Shown piece by piece: positions 50,804 to 60,928 of a stretch of DNA of 64,000 nucleotides (positions are counted from its first letter, which is position 1; the number at the start of each line of letters is the position of its first letter). The translations under genes were made by a program, and so were the position numbers. Under the pieces are notes generated by a model that saw only the letters and a list, made by a program, of their open reading frames with translations, ran no database searches and was not told where the DNA came from. The DNA is from an uncultured Nitrososphaerota archaeon. Its GTDB lineage: Archaea; Thermoproteota; Nitrososphaeria; Nitrososphaerales; Nitrosopumilaceae. The DNA is taken from assembly GCA_963701075.1 (NCBI GenBank), contig OY969559.1, forward strand, positions 1,792,001-1,856,000, read 5' to 3'.

Positions 50804-51368
50804 AGATATTTTCACCCTCCCAGAGTTGTAATTTTTCCATCTTTTGTCTTCTCCTTGAATCTTGAAGATCATTGTAAACCTTCCCATGAGTGCTACCATT
50901 TGAAAGAGCTGTAATAGCTTGGACTGCAGACCTTAACTGGTTACCCTCCCCTATTATTGCAACCGTGCGGCCATAGACGGAGACGGTAGCTCCGCTTAGA
51001 TCTTCAACATTTTTTCTAACTCTTCCGCCTTCACCTATTATTCTGCCCTTTACTCGCTCGATCTGTGCTGTTGATTTACCCACAAATTCTCGTAAATCAA
51101 TTATATGTAATGAATTTTCGCCTTCAAGAAGTCTCATAGCTTTGTCAGGAGAAAATCCCCGACCTATTGCCAATACAATCTCTTCTGCTTTAAAGGGCAT
51201 TACATTTTCGACATCGCCGGATCCTCTAATAATTATCTCTCCTGTTTGACCATCAACTGATAAAGAAACAGAACATATTTTTTCTATCTTGGCCTTTACC
51301 TTCCCAGATTTACCTATTAAAGCGCCCACCCTTTCAAGGGGGACTAGAATGGTTTTTTCAAAGATCAT
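50796..51368 (-). CDS. KH-domain pre-rRNA processing protein (Dim2/Pno1)
   Basis: GALIGKSG, AIGRGF, GRIIGEGG. Confidence 0.9.
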   Translation of the reverse strand: MIFEKTILVPLERVGALIGKSGKVKAKIEKICSVSLSVDGQTGEIIIRGSGDVENVMPFKAEEIVLAIGRGFSPDKAMRLLEGENSLHIIDLREFVGKSTAQIERVKGRIIGEGGRVRKNVEDLSGATVSVYGRTVAIIGEGNQLRSAVQAITALSNGSTHGKVYNDLQDSRRRQKMEKLQLWEGENIFE

Positions 51369-52150
51369 TTCATTATCCTCTTTAGTATATCAGATGGATT
51401 TGCAACTGTCAATCCCCTTTTAACAAAGAATTTAGTTATATTTTTAATGTCTCTTTCAAGAAACTTGATCGCATTTGGATGCTTGATGTCCACTGCAGAG
51501 CCAAGATCAAAAATCAACAGTCCTTTTTCTGTCTTAAAGATATTATATTCTGACAGGTCAGCATGCACTATCTTTGCTTTATTATACAAGTCATCAATGA
51601 TTGACATGGCACTTTCATAATCATTGTAATCAACTTCTGTCTCAACCAAGGTTGGTTCTGGCACACCATTCTTGCCTGCAAATTCCATTACAAGCACATT
51701 TTTTATCACAGTTATAGGCTTCACGCATGGCAATCCCTTCTTGAAGCATTGATTTAGGTTCCCAAACTCTTTTTGTGCCCAAAGCTCCACCAAATGCCTT
51801 GTACCTTTTCTTATTTTTGTAAATCTAGGATCTCCCAACAAGTACGGATATCTCTTTTTAAAGTTCGAAGTTGCTACAAGATATATCTTCAATGCCAGAT
51901 CCTTCCCAGACGGTCCAACAGCCCAATATGTTTTAGATTCTTTGCCTGAGCCTACAGCGCCATTCACGTAAGAAATTATTCCAGAGTTTTTCAACCCTGA
52001 AAGAGTCATCATTGTTGATTTATCAAAAACCTCGTCTAGAACTTTGTTTTTGTCAAATCCGTCTTTCTCTGATCTTCGCCCTCTTTCTTTTTCTAAAAGT
52101 CTACCATCAATTCTTTTTGCTAATTTTTTTTCAAGTTCTTCGGTCAACAT
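51365..52150 (-). CDS. rio1: RIO1 serine/threonine kinase
   Basis: GKES, WAQKEF, VHADLSEYNI, D..N..FF. Confidence 0.92.
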   Translation of the reverse strand: MLTEELEKKLAKRIDGRLLEKERGRRSEKDGFDKNKVLDEVFDKSTMMTLSGLKNSGIISYVNGAVGSGKESKTYWAVGPSGKDLALKIYLVATSNFKKRYPYLLGDPRFTKIRKGTRHLVELWAQKEFGNLNQCFKKGLPCVKPITVIKNVLVMEFAGKNGVPEPTLVETEVDYNDYESAMSIIDDLYNKAKIVHADLSEYNIFKTEKGLLIFDLGSAVDIKHPNAIKFLERDIKNITKFFVKRGLTVANPSDILKRIMK

Positions 52151-52187
52151 TTTGAAATAAACAGACTTGGTAAAATTGATTGCGTTG

Positions 52188-52499
52188 TCAGAAATCTTTT
52201 GCCAAGTGACCGTGTTCCTTTAACCAATCTACCTGCGATAATGTGTATCTCCATGTGATATCTCCTCTATCATCTGCCTTGAAATCCCAAGGTGCTATAA
52301 CAACAATATCGTTATCACGAATCCATATTTTTCGTTTCAATTTGCCACGAATCCTTCCCATTCTTGTTTTATCATCAGTACATCTTACCAACACATGATC
52401 ACTGCCTAATAGTTTGATAACTCTGCCAAGCATTTCTCCTTCTTCGGGGATTTTCATCTCCTTCAATTCACTTTCGTTTAACACCTTGCGCTTTCCCAA
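52188..52499 (-). CDS. eif1a: Translation initiation factor aIF-1A
   Basis: RIRGKLKRKIWIRDNDIV. Confidence 0.95.
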   Translation of the reverse strand: MGKRKVLNESELKEMKIPEEGEMLGRVIKLLGSDHVLVRCTDDKTRMGRIRGKLKRKIWIRDNDIVVIAPWDFKADDRGDITWRYTLSQVDWLKEHGHLAKDF

Positions 52500-52546
52500 A
52501 ATTATCAGTCTTCGATCTGCTCAGTACGTATATAACTGTTGTATTC

Positions 52547-52843
52547 TCAAAATTTAAAAACTAAAAGTAATGGTACACCATCAATCTTTTTGACTCCTTT
52601 CAATGTTCCTACTCCAATTTTTACAGATAACGTAATTGTTTTTTCTCCAGCCATGTTAATGATAGAAGAATTTCGCAATAGTTGTTCTGCTTCTTTTTCC
52701 TCCACAATTCTTTCAGCGAAGTAGCTTTGACTTAGATTCATTGTAATGTCTGACCCAACTAGCGTTCTTCCAACCAAATCGACATCGCATATGTTTAACA
52801 TTCTGTTACGTTGATAATTGACAACTTTTACCGCAAATGCCAT
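52547..52843 (-). CDS. DUF424 family protein
   Basis: NICDVDLVG, IINMAG; synteny. Confidence 0.8.
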   Translation of the reverse strand: MAFAVKVVNYQRNRMLNICDVDLVGRTLVGSDITMNLSQSYFAERIVEEKEAEQLLRNSSIINMAGEKTITLSVKIGVGTLKGVKKIDGVPLLLVFKF

Positions 52844-53271
52844 TATGCATATTGGCCCTTTAGAGACGATTTAGCACCGCAGGCCTCACATACAAGAAAG
52901 TGGACTCTGTTAGATTTCTCTACTCGGGTATCAGGACTCTTACATGTTGGGCACTCCACATATTCCTTGACGTATATGGTCAGAAGAGACGCAAATTCCT
53001 GGGGTTCCTTTTTACCTACAAACACAGCTTTGTCTCCTGCAAATTGAGCGGGAGTAGCAAATTCTTTAGACAGATACTGGAGTATTTTTTCAGGCTCCCT
53101 ACGCAAGACTTTTGGAAATTCTGAAAAGTTACGAAAGAATGTCCTATTTCCTTGCCACATGATATCTACTTTTGGAAGTTCAAATCTAGATGTAGAATCC
53201 TTCCTACTCTCAGATACCTTATCCTGCACTTTCTTGAGCAGTTTTTCATACTCGCTTTTTGGCAACTGCAT
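52843..53271 (-). CDS. eif2b: Translation initiation factor aIF-2 beta
   Basis: RFELPK, YVECPTCKSPDT, CEACGA. Confidence 0.95.
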   Translation of the reverse strand: MQLPKSEYEKLLKKVQDKVSESRKDSTSRFELPKVDIMWQGNRTFFRNFSEFPKVLRREPEKILQYLSKEFATPAQFAGDKAVFVGKKEPQEFASLLTIYVKEYVECPTCKSPDTRVEKSNRVHFLVCEACGAKSSLKGQYA

Positions 53272-53327
53272 TATGCAAGATGGTGCTACCTATATGGATT
53301 TACTTCAAAAAAGAAAAAAGTGGTCCC

Positions 53328-53471
53328 CTAAGGCTTTCCTATTCGAAAGACGTTAGTGCCACATTTTGGGCAGGTTCCCTTTACCGCAGGTCGTCCATTC
53401 TTTCACTTAACTTCTTTTGGATTTGCGATCTCGACTTTCTTCCTGCATTTTACGCAATACGCTTGAGTCAT
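53328..53471 (-). CDS. DUF5679-like small Zn-binding protein with in-frame TGA at 53403-53405
   Basis: MTQAYCVKCRKKVEIANPKEVK*KNGRPAVKGTCPKCGTNVFRIGKP. Confidence 0.75.
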
Positions 53472-53724
53472 TTCACGTTCTTACGAAAGAAGTTGTATAT
53501 AGCAAGGCGCTGTAAAAATTATTTAACTATACGCTAGAGGCTGTTAAATTTTTACAATGTCTTTCTCAGGCCATACATAAAGAATTTATACAAATAGTTG
53601 CACTTTTTTGATATTTCTTAGATTGAAATGATCCAACTTGAAGAAATTAACAGATTGGCCAATTGAATCATCAAATTGTTTTACCCGAGTTATACTTTTA
53701 AACGTCATAAAGAGAGTCAGTGAA

Positions 53725-54222
53725 ATGGTAACCAGAAAAGGCATTATCATTACGATCATAGTATTTGGTGCCATAACAGCAGCAAGTTCGGTCATATGGA
53801 TATTGCCGCAAAATAGAGGGCCAACTTTTGTTATATCAGATTATGGAAATGAGATTGAAAGTGTAAAAGAACGACATTTGTTGATAATGAGTGAGATGGA
53901 TTCAGACCTAACTGGCTTGTTAAACAACACTATTACACCAGACGACTTTATAGCCAGAGCACAGGCATCATCGTCTCAAACTACTTCTCTCATAACGGAG
54001 GTTATAGAAAGTAACCCTCCTTCAGAATGGGAAGAGAGCTATCTCAACTATGATGAGGCATTAAAAAAGTACAATGACTACCTCACAGAAACCATTGCTC
54101 TGGCCAATAAGATAAAGGACAACGCTTCATCTAATGATTTGTCTGACGAGATGTCAAAGATAGATTCATTGAGAAATGATACCAACTCATTTATTGTAAA
54201 GTCTAATGAGACGGCTCCATGA
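53725..54222 (+). CDS. Membrane-anchored helical-bundle hypothetical protein
   Basis: MVTRKGIIITI TM, then helical domain. Confidence 0.65.
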   Translation: MVTRKGIIITIIVFGAITAASSVIWILPQNRGPTFVISDYGNEIESVKERHLLIMSEMDSDLTGLLNNTITPDDFIARAQASSSQTTSLITEVIESNPPSEWEESYLNYDEALKKYNDYLTETIALANKIKDNASSNDLSDEMSKIDSLRNDTNSFIVKSNETAP

Positions 54223-54326
54223 TATTATCAAAATCCCCCTTGAGAGGGTCAAAACTTTCTTCAATTTTTGTAATATTTGGTAGAAATTAGATTAATTAAT
54301 AGGAAATACAATTTTTATCCTGTATC

Positions 54327-55475
54327 ATGGCAACCAAAGAGACCAGTTTACGAAAGGGCAGTACAGAGACAAAAACTAGCAGGCTATTGGTAATCTGCGT
54401 TGACAGAGACGATGACATAGGAAGCAAAGCAGGAGTCAATACCCCAACAGTAGGACGAAATGCTTGTCTTGAAGCAGCACAACGACTTGCGCTTGAAGAT
54501 CCTGAAGATGCCGATTCTAATTCCATCTTTGCCGCTGTTAAAACTTTTGAAGATTTGGTAAGCAAGGGATACCAAGCAGAAGTAGCAATCGTTTCTGGAA
54601 CGGAAGATAAAGGAGTACAAGGTGACGAAAAAATTGTTTCACAGGTAAGAGCCATAGTAGAAGTGTTTTCAGCTAATGGTGCAGTGATTGTATCAGATGG
54701 AGAAGACGATGAAAGTGTGATTCCAATAATTCAAAATGTTTTGCCTGTAGTATCAGTCAAACGAGTTGTTATGAGAGCCAGTAGAAGTGTAGAGTATTCT
54801 TATGCAGTATTTGGAAGATATTTGAAAGCTATTGCTTTTGATTCAAAGTATTCAAAATTCTTTCTAGGAGTTCCTGGAATTTTACTAGTGATCGGCGGAA
54901 TCGCAACAGTACTTGGACTTACAAAAGAAATTTTTGCAGTAATGGTAAGCATTCTTGGAGGAGCATTTCTTATCAGAGCGTTTGATGTTGACAGGGCATG
55001 GTCACATTGGACAAAACCAACTCCTGCTGGATTCATAAGGGTGTTTACACTTGTGGCGGGAATTCTTTTTGTTCTAGCATCCATAGCAGCTGGAGTCACT
55101 GCTATTAGCCCGCAGATATCAACTGCAAAACCAGACGAGATACTCAAGATAGTAATGGACAAACAAAATATCGGACTGTTTGTTTCCGGAATGCTGCCAT
55201 TTCTCTGGATGGGAATTGGTTGTATACTTGGTGGATCGTTGCTGAGCAGTTGGTTTAGAGGAAGTATTAGATCAATTACAGACATACTAAGAATAATTGT
55301 GCTTCTAACACTCTATCCAATAATTGCGCAGTTCAATGTAGTCATAACAAGAGATGAGAGCCCTTTCACATTGATTCCTCCGTTGCTTCTGGGTTTGGCA
55401 GTAATACTGATATCAGCGTCACTGCTCTTCCATAAATATAGAAGGAAGAAGGGTGGCGAGGTTCTATCGGAATAA
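54327..55475 (+). CDS. DUF373 family membrane protein
   Basis: LVICVDRDDDIG, DPEDADSN, SDGEDDE. Confidence 0.9.
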   Translation: MATKETSLRKGSTETKTSRLLVICVDRDDDIGSKAGVNTPTVGRNACLEAAQRLALEDPEDADSNSIFAAVKTFEDLVSKGYQAEVAIVSGTEDKGVQGDEKIVSQVRAIVEVFSANGAVIVSDGEDDESVIPIIQNVLPVVSVKRVVMRASRSVEYSYAVFGRYLKAIAFDSKYSKFFLGVPGILLVIGGIATVLGLTKEIFAVMVSILGGAFLIRAFDVDRAWSHWTKPTPAGFIRVFTLVAGILFVLASIAAGVTAISPQISTAKPDEILKIVMDKQNIGLFVSGMLPFLWMGIGCILGGSLLSSWFRGSIRSITDILRIIVLLTLYPIIAQFNVVITRDESPFTLIPPLLLGLAVILISASLLFHKYRRKKGGEVLSE

Positions 55476-56254
55476 AAGACATAACTTTTCAATTAGGGGG
55501 TTTTTACACCCTTTACTCTAAAAAACTTGAAAAGGAAATACGTACAGGAGAGATTCCAAAACACATAGCAATAATACTTGATGGTAATAGAAGATGGGCT
55601 AAAAGAAACCTAATCATGAAGGCAGATGGCCATTTTAGAGGAGCAGATGCTGTTGAAAAATTGTTAGACTGGTGTGAGGAACTAAACATCAAGATAATTA
55701 CCCTTTATGTCCTGTCGGCAGAAAATCTAACCCGAAACGATGAGGAATTAGAGCATCTTTATGATTTGATTAACCGGAGATTAGAGAAACTGTACAACGA
55801 CCCACGAATTCATAAAAACCGTATGCGGGTAAAGGCAATTGGTCGTATTGAACTACTGCCAGATTTCCTAAGAGAGATCCTAAACAAGCTTGAAACAGTG
55901 ACAAAGGATTACGATAACCATTATCTCAATATAGCGGTGGCCTACGGAGGGCAGAACGAAATGGTTGATGCCATAAAGAAGATTGCTTCTAGGATCAAGG
56001 ATGGTTCTCTTGATGTAAACCAGATAGACAAGGATGTGATAGAATCGTGTCTTTACACATCACATCTGCCACAATCATCTCCTGACATGATATTGAGGAC
56101 GTCGGGGGAGAAACGACTGAGTGGATTTCTAATGTGGCAAAGTGCCTACAGCGAGTCTGTTTTCATGGATGTTTATTGGCCAGAATTTAGAAAAATTGAT
56201 CTTATGCGAGCCATTAGAACATTTCAGAAGAGGGGTCGCAGACTTGGCAAATAG
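55466..56254 (+). CDS. uppS: cis-prenyltransferase (UppS family)
   Basis: PKHIAIILDGNRRWA lies upstream of the called ATG at 55616; RTSGEKRLSGFL, WPEF. Confidence 0.9.
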   Translation: MGIKDITFQLGGFYTLYSKKLEKEIRTGEIPKHIAIILDGNRRWAKRNLIMKADGHFRGADAVEKLLDWCEELNIKIITLYVLSAENLTRNDEELEHLYDLINRRLEKLYNDPRIHKNRMRVKAIGRIELLPDFLREILNKLETVTKDYDNHYLNIAVAYGGQNEMVDAIKKIASRIKDGSLDVNQIDKDVIESCLYTSHLPQSSPDMILRTSGEKRLSGFLMWQSAYSESVFMDVYWPEFRKIDLMRAIRTFQKRGRRLGK

Positions 56255-56290
56255 AAAAGAGAAATACTAGTTTTATAAAGTTACAACATA

Positions 56291-56707
56291 ATGCTTGAGG
56301 AGAGATCAGCTGGGGCAATCTTATACCGTGAATCACCTTCAGGTAAACTCTACTTGCTTTTGAACTATCCCTCCGGACATTGGGATTTTGTCAAGGGAAA
56401 TATTGAGAAAGGAGAGACTTTCAAACAGACAACCTTACGAGAGATCAGAGAGGAAACAGGCATAACGGATGTGAGTTTTGTAGAAGGTTTCCAGAACAAG
56501 GTGGAATATCATTATCAGCGCGATGGCGAGCTTGTGCACAAGGAAGTTGTTTTCTTTCTAGCAAAGACAGCAACGGAACATGTAGAAATATCATACGAGC
56601 ACTTGGGATTCATCTGGCTCAAATTCAATGACGCATTGAAGAAATTAACATACAAAACAGCTCAGAGCATGCTGAAAAAAGTAAATGAACTAGGGTTCGA
56701 GACTTAG
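56291..56707 (+). CDS. NUDIX hydrolase (Ap4A hydrolase-like)
   Basis: HWDFVKGNIEKGET....REIREETG. Confidence 0.88.
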   Translation: MLEERSAGAILYRESPSGKLYLLLNYPSGHWDFVKGNIEKGETFKQTTLREIREETGITDVSFVEGFQNKVEYHYQRDGELVHKEVVFFLAKTATEHVEISYEHLGFIWLKFNDALKKLTYKTAQSMLKKVNELGFET

Positions 56708-57442
56708 TTGCTGAAGCTTTTTTGCTTCTGAAATTTGGTTTTGAGAATTGAGAATTGTTCTTCCAACTATTAGGTAACTAGAGCCTGCTTGCAGAGTTTT
56801 TCTTGCATCTCCACCTTGTGTTCCTACCCCTGGTGAATAAATTTCGCAGCGACCTCTGATAGATTTAGCTGTGGAAGATATGATGTCAGGCACTGTAGCA
56901 CCTACCACTATCCCATCAACATTTGAAGAATATGACCATTTTAAGAACAAGTCATGAAGTTTTTGCATTTTACCTGTTCTGGGATCCTTTACACCAAGTC
57001 CATATCCCAACTTTGCTCCTGGGTGACTCATGTGTACAAGCGTTATCACTCCATGTCCATCACTGTGAGCTGTCTTGACTAGTTCTTTTAGATTTTCAAG
57101 TCCCATTATTGGGTTTGCAATGACTGCATCAAATCCACATCTCCAAAGTCTCTGTATAGCAATCATGTTTGTATTTCCTATATCGTTTAGTTTGATGTCA
57201 GCAATTGTTTGCAGTCCTTTGCTGTGAGCAAGTCGATTTATTTTTGTTAGACTTTTGTCGCTCAAAGGCAGTATCACGTGAAAATTGAATTTGATCGCAC
57301 AGAGATATTTGCTCAGTCTATTTATGTTAGCAATTGTTTTTTTTTCTAATTTGTCAGCACTTGTGTCATCTAAATCATTGGCAAGTATTATTCTGCTCTT
57401 TCCTGATGAGGCTTTTTCTATTCTTCTTCTAAAACCTATCAT
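56690..57442 (-). CDS. pyrF: Orotidine-5'-phosphate decarboxylase
   Basis: DIKLNDIGNT, VGAT, SPGVGTQGG, IVGR. Confidence 0.92.
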   Translation of the reverse strand: MIGFRRRIEKASSGKSRIILANDLDDTSADKLEKKTIANINRLSKYLCAIKFNFHVILPLSDKSLTKINRLAHSKGLQTIADIKLNDIGNTNMIAIQRLWRCGFDAVIANPIMGLENLKELVKTAHSDGHGVITLVHMSHPGAKLGYGLGVKDPRTGKMQKLHDLFLKWSYSSNVDGIVVGATVPDIISSTAKSIRGRCEIYSPGVGTQGGDARKTLQAGSSYLIVGRTILNSQNQISEAKKLQQLSLEP

Positions 57443-58092
57443 AGCTTGACTAGAGGGTGTTTACCTTTTAGCTTTATTACTTTAAGGTATGAGTAACCAT
57501 GTTCGTTTAGACCGCTAACAAAGGAGGGTTCAATGCCATCCTTGCTTGAATATTTTAGGAATGGTTTTGTGGGCTCATAGTCAATTTTAACATGGCAAAA
57601 ATAGGATGCTTCGTCAGATTCATTAAAGTTCATGAACACGCCTACAAGCCATTTTGAACCCTCAGGAAATGCAAATAGTGGGAATGGAGACTCTTCAAAT
57701 CCATAGCTTAGTTTTATCAGGCTTGTAGAATCCTCAAGCTCAAGTGACTCGTACATTACTTCAGATTCAGCAGTTTCGGGTTTGAGAGATTCTGGCAGTG
57801 TCTTTATTCTTATAATTGGAGAGTAAAGATAAGTTGGATTTGTTATTGTGTTGACAATATTGCAATCTTCTTTGTTTGTTTTGAAACCATATGAAAGATA
57901 GTGACCAGTGTTTGCATTTTGGACATAATAACTCACAGGCCTTTCTTTTAGGAGATCCATTTGGACTGAAATTACGTCCTTTCCATCCAACGCAAAAGAG
58001 AAGCACGTACGAGGAATTCTTTCCAGAGCGCAAACAAGTCGTGAAAATTCATTCATATCAGAAACTTCGACATAGTACGGATGTTTAACCAT
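57439..58092 (-). CDS. Conserved hypothetical protein
   Basis: Long ORF in operon between purA and pyrF. Confidence 0.65.
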   Translation of the reverse strand: MVKHPYYVEVSDMNEFSRLVCALERIPRTCFSFALDGKDVISVQMDLLKERPVSYYVQNANTGHYLSYGFKTNKEDCNIVNTITNPTYLYSPIIRIKTLPESLKPETAESEVMYESLELEDSTSLIKLSYGFEESPFPLFAFPEGSKWLVGVFMNFNESDEASYFCHVKIDYEPTKPFLKYSSKDGIEPSFVSGLNEHGYSYLKVIKLKGKHPLVKL

Positions 58093-58138
58093 AGGATCAC
58101 TCCTAAAATCACCACATTAAAAGTAGTCGTTTGTTATT

Positions 58139-59143
58139 TTACTGGTTTCTTCTATCAATGGTGTCATTGACTTCAGGTCCAGTGCCAATCAAGGTTACAG
58201 GCACCTTCAGTTTATCTTCAATAGTTTTTATGAAATACTGAGCAGGCGAACTGAGGTCAGAAAATGATTGCATGTGAGCACATTCAGGATATAGCACGTC
58301 AAGCTTTGTGATTGCAATCTGTGTAGCACTGTTTAACATTATAGATCGTTTTGCAAGTTCAAAATCAAATTCTGCTGCTCTTCTTTGTCTACCTGTGACA
58401 GTACCAACCTCTTGCCATCCTTTTGCGATGGCCTTTTCTGGACTTATTTCATTTTTTAGCGGACCTTCTCCCACCCTAGTAACAAATGATTTGAAGACAA
58501 TTACTACCTCGTCGACGCTTTTTGGACCTATCCCTACGTCCGCACATATTCCAGATGCCGTAACATCCTTTGAGGTAACATATGGATATGTCCCATGCCA
58601 CAGTGAGAGAAAAGTTCCCTGGGTTCCTTCTACCAGAACTGGTTCTTTCCTTTCGAGCGCAAAATTAACTGCATTAGGAATATCATCAAGGTACAGTGCA
58701 AGTGAGTCAATCTCTTTTGCAAGCTTGAGTGTTCTCATGGCCCTGTCTGCATTGGCAGGTCCAGTTCCTGTTCCCGTGCTGCCAATAGATTCTTTCAGCC
58801 TTCCTTGAGAATCAGCTGCTCTGTGAGAATCCTCAATGATTCCACATTGATAGTCAACAAAGGATCTATCCTGAGTGCCAAATTCAGATATTTCTTTTAG
58901 TAATACGTCCAAGCTTAGTACAACACCTGGCCCCACCAGCAATCTCGTATTAGGATTTAGAAATGCACTTGGGAGCATTCTTACTTTGTACTTTTTGCCA
59001 TTATGCTCTATAGTGTGACCTGCATTAGGCCCTACACCACCTCTAACGGCTATTACAGGATTATCTTTCATAGCAAGGTATGAAACAATCTTGCCCTTAC
59101 CTTCATCTCCAAAGAAACCACCAACAATAACTGTAGAAGGCAT
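58139..59143 (-). CDS. purA: Adenylosuccinate synthetase
   Basis: GDEGKGK, NAGHT, EGTQG, YPYVTS, GTVTGRQRR, TKLD. Confidence 0.96.
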   Translation of the reverse strand: MPSTVIVGGFFGDEGKGKIVSYLAMKDNPVIAVRGGVGPNAGHTIEHNGKKYKVRMLPSAFLNPNTRLLVGPGVVLSLDVLLKEISEFGTQDRSFVDYQCGIIEDSHRAADSQGRLKESIGSTGTGTGPANADRAMRTLKLAKEIDSLALYLDDIPNAVNFALERKEPVLVEGTQGTFLSLWHGTYPYVTSKDVTASGICADVGIGPKSVDEVVIVFKSFVTRVGEGPLKNEISPEKAIAKGWQEVGTVTGRQRRAAEFDFELAKRSIMLNSATQIAITKLDVLYPECAHMQSFSDLSSPAQYFIKTIEDKLKVPVTLIGTGPEVNDTIDRRNQ

Positions 59144-59223
59144 AAAGGAGGAGCGTATGTGGATATATTTAAGCCAAATCTTAGCAATACAATTTTAGCA
59201 AAGAAGATGAACTGCAACTTTGC

Positions 59224-59685
59224 ATGTCAGAACCAAATTATGCTGGAAACATTATCGTCTCCTTGGCAAATCTTCCAGAATTTCTCCGCAAGCCCATACT
59301 ACAAAAAAGGTTGTCAGAGTTTTTTTCAATGTCAAAGGAAGACAAGATGGAGATCATAAACAATGCACTACAAGCAGGACCCACTATCAGGTTTGACAAG
59401 TTTTCAACCTTGTTTAAGACATGGCTTGAAGTGTTATGCAATCTATCAGAAGAACAGAGACGTGTAATGTTTAGTACATACATTATTGAGATTACAAGTC
59501 ATCCCGAAAAGATAATCGCATTTAACCTAGACGGAATTTTTGAAGTGTATCTTTCATTAACAGATGAGCAGAAGAACAAGATATCAAACACCATAGGAGA
59601 GATTGTGAATTCTCTTGATATTGATTCAAGAAAAAGGCTTTACCTTATAATTCCTGAAAGAGCCAAAAAAGAAATAAGAATTTAA
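59224..59685 (+). CDS. Conserved hypothetical protein
   Basis: ORF with typical codon usage. Confidence 0.6.
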   Translation: MSEPNYAGNIIVSLANLPEFLRKPILQKRLSEFFSMSKEDKMEIINNALQAGPTIRFDKFSTLFKTWLEVLCNLSEEQRRVMFSTYIIEITSHPEKIIAFNLDGIFEVYLSLTDEQKNKISNTIGEIVNSLDIDSRKRLYLIIPERAKKEIRI

Positions 59686-59957
59686 AGCGGCTTGTCAGGT
59701 TTTCGCTGGTTCTCATCAGCAAAATTTACGATCTCGCCTTCAGGCGTCATTACTCCAACAAAGACCTTTTCGTACTTTTTTACCACTTTTCTGTGGTCTG
59801 GCATTGACATATCTAGCCGCATTTCATTCATAACCATGACCCTGTATTGCTTCCATTCCTCCCAACATTCGTTACAACAAGGGTAGGTAGATGCTATAGG
59901 ATCTAACTCTACGTTATCAGGAATTTCCTTTTTACATTTAGTGCAGTTTCTTGCCAT
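59682..59957 (-). CDS. YggX-like Fe(II)-trafficking/Fe-S protector protein
   Basis: ECWEEWKQYRVMVMNEMRLDMSMPDHRK resembles YggX. Confidence 0.7.
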   Translation of the reverse strand: MARNCTKCKKEIPDNVELDPIASTYPCCNECWEEWKQYRVMVMNEMRLDMSMPDHRKVVKKYEKVFVGVMTPEGEIVNFADENQRKPDKPL

Positions 59958-60029
59958 AGTAAACCCACCAAAATTTAGCAATTTATTTCTTTAAGAAGAG
60001 ATATTAGGGAAAATCTACTATAATATGAC

Positions 60030-60236
60030 ATGAAGGTCAAGTGCCCCAAATGTGACGACATTGCTGAATTAGGGGATGACTTTTCCTATGTAAAATGTTC
60101 AAAATGTTCCTTGGACATGACGTATGGAGAATATGTCAAATTCATAGCATACAAGGATGCCATATATTCTGACATATTGGGAGATTACGCCAAAGACACA
60201 AACGGTTCGGCAGCAGGAACTCTTGATGAGTGGTAG
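60030..60236 (+). CDS. Small Zn-finger protein
   Basis: CPKC...CSKC. Confidence 0.7.
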   Translation: MKVKCPKCDDIAELGDDFSYVKCSKCSLDMTYGEYVKFIAYKDAIYSDILGDYAKDTNGSAAGTLDEW

Positions 60237-60295
60237 AAAAAAAGCTACTACAAGGCTTTAATTAATTTCGAAATGCTAGTGCGCTTAGTTGGCAT

Positions 60296-60928
60296 TTGTA
60301 TTTGAGACAGACTCTTAACTTGCTGGGGTTTGTTGTCGGTCTTGCATTAGGAATTTTTTCTTACATTGGATTCAAGAATACTGGAAGCCCGACATTATTC
60401 AGGCTAAACATTGCCTTTTTTTCAATCGGCATAGGTTTTGGAGTGGTCGGATTTGGGTACATGATAGAGTCGTTCATACTAAACTATGCACAGACTGACA
60501 GTTGGATTCAGACACTTGGAATAGGAATTCAGACCATAGGATACTTTTTCATTGCGTTTTCACATGGTATCAAATCATTTTTCCCAAAATCTCGGTACTT
60601 CAAATCCATCATATTCCCACTTTTCATCATACCCGGAAATTCAATTGAGCACATTATAAGGTCAATTTCTTTTATCCTATTGGTATATGGGACGATTGAG
60701 ACCATTATGTCGTATATGGAAAATAGGAAACGAAGCACTATCTTTGTTGCTGCCGGACTTGGATTGCTTGCTTTGGGTGAATTCCTAGGTTGGTATTCAA
60801 TAATATTTCCAAAATCGATACTCTACTTTGTCTCGCTTTCTACAAAGATAATAGGTCTTGGCGCTCTGTTCATCCCAATCTCTCAAGTTCCTTTAAGAGG
60901 AGGTCTAAAGCTTGGCGGCAATATATAG
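60296..60928 (+). CDS. Polytopic membrane protein
   Basis: Six to seven TM segments; overlaps downstream wHTH gene. Confidence 0.65.
   Translation: MYLRQTLNLLGFVVGLALGIFSYIGFKNTGSPTLFRLNIAFFSIGIGFGVVGFGYMIESFILNYAQTDSWIQTLGIGIQTIGYFFIAFSHGIKSFFPKSRYFKSIIFPLFIIPGNSIEHIIRSISFILLVYGTIETIMSYMENRKRSTIFVAAGLGLLALGEFLGWYSIIFPKSILYFVSLSTKIIGLGALFIPISQVPLRGGLKLGGNI

Noticed and set aside
53403-53405. Selenocysteine codon
   Set aside because: Not at a Cys position, no SECIS-like element noticed, and the window is error-prone.
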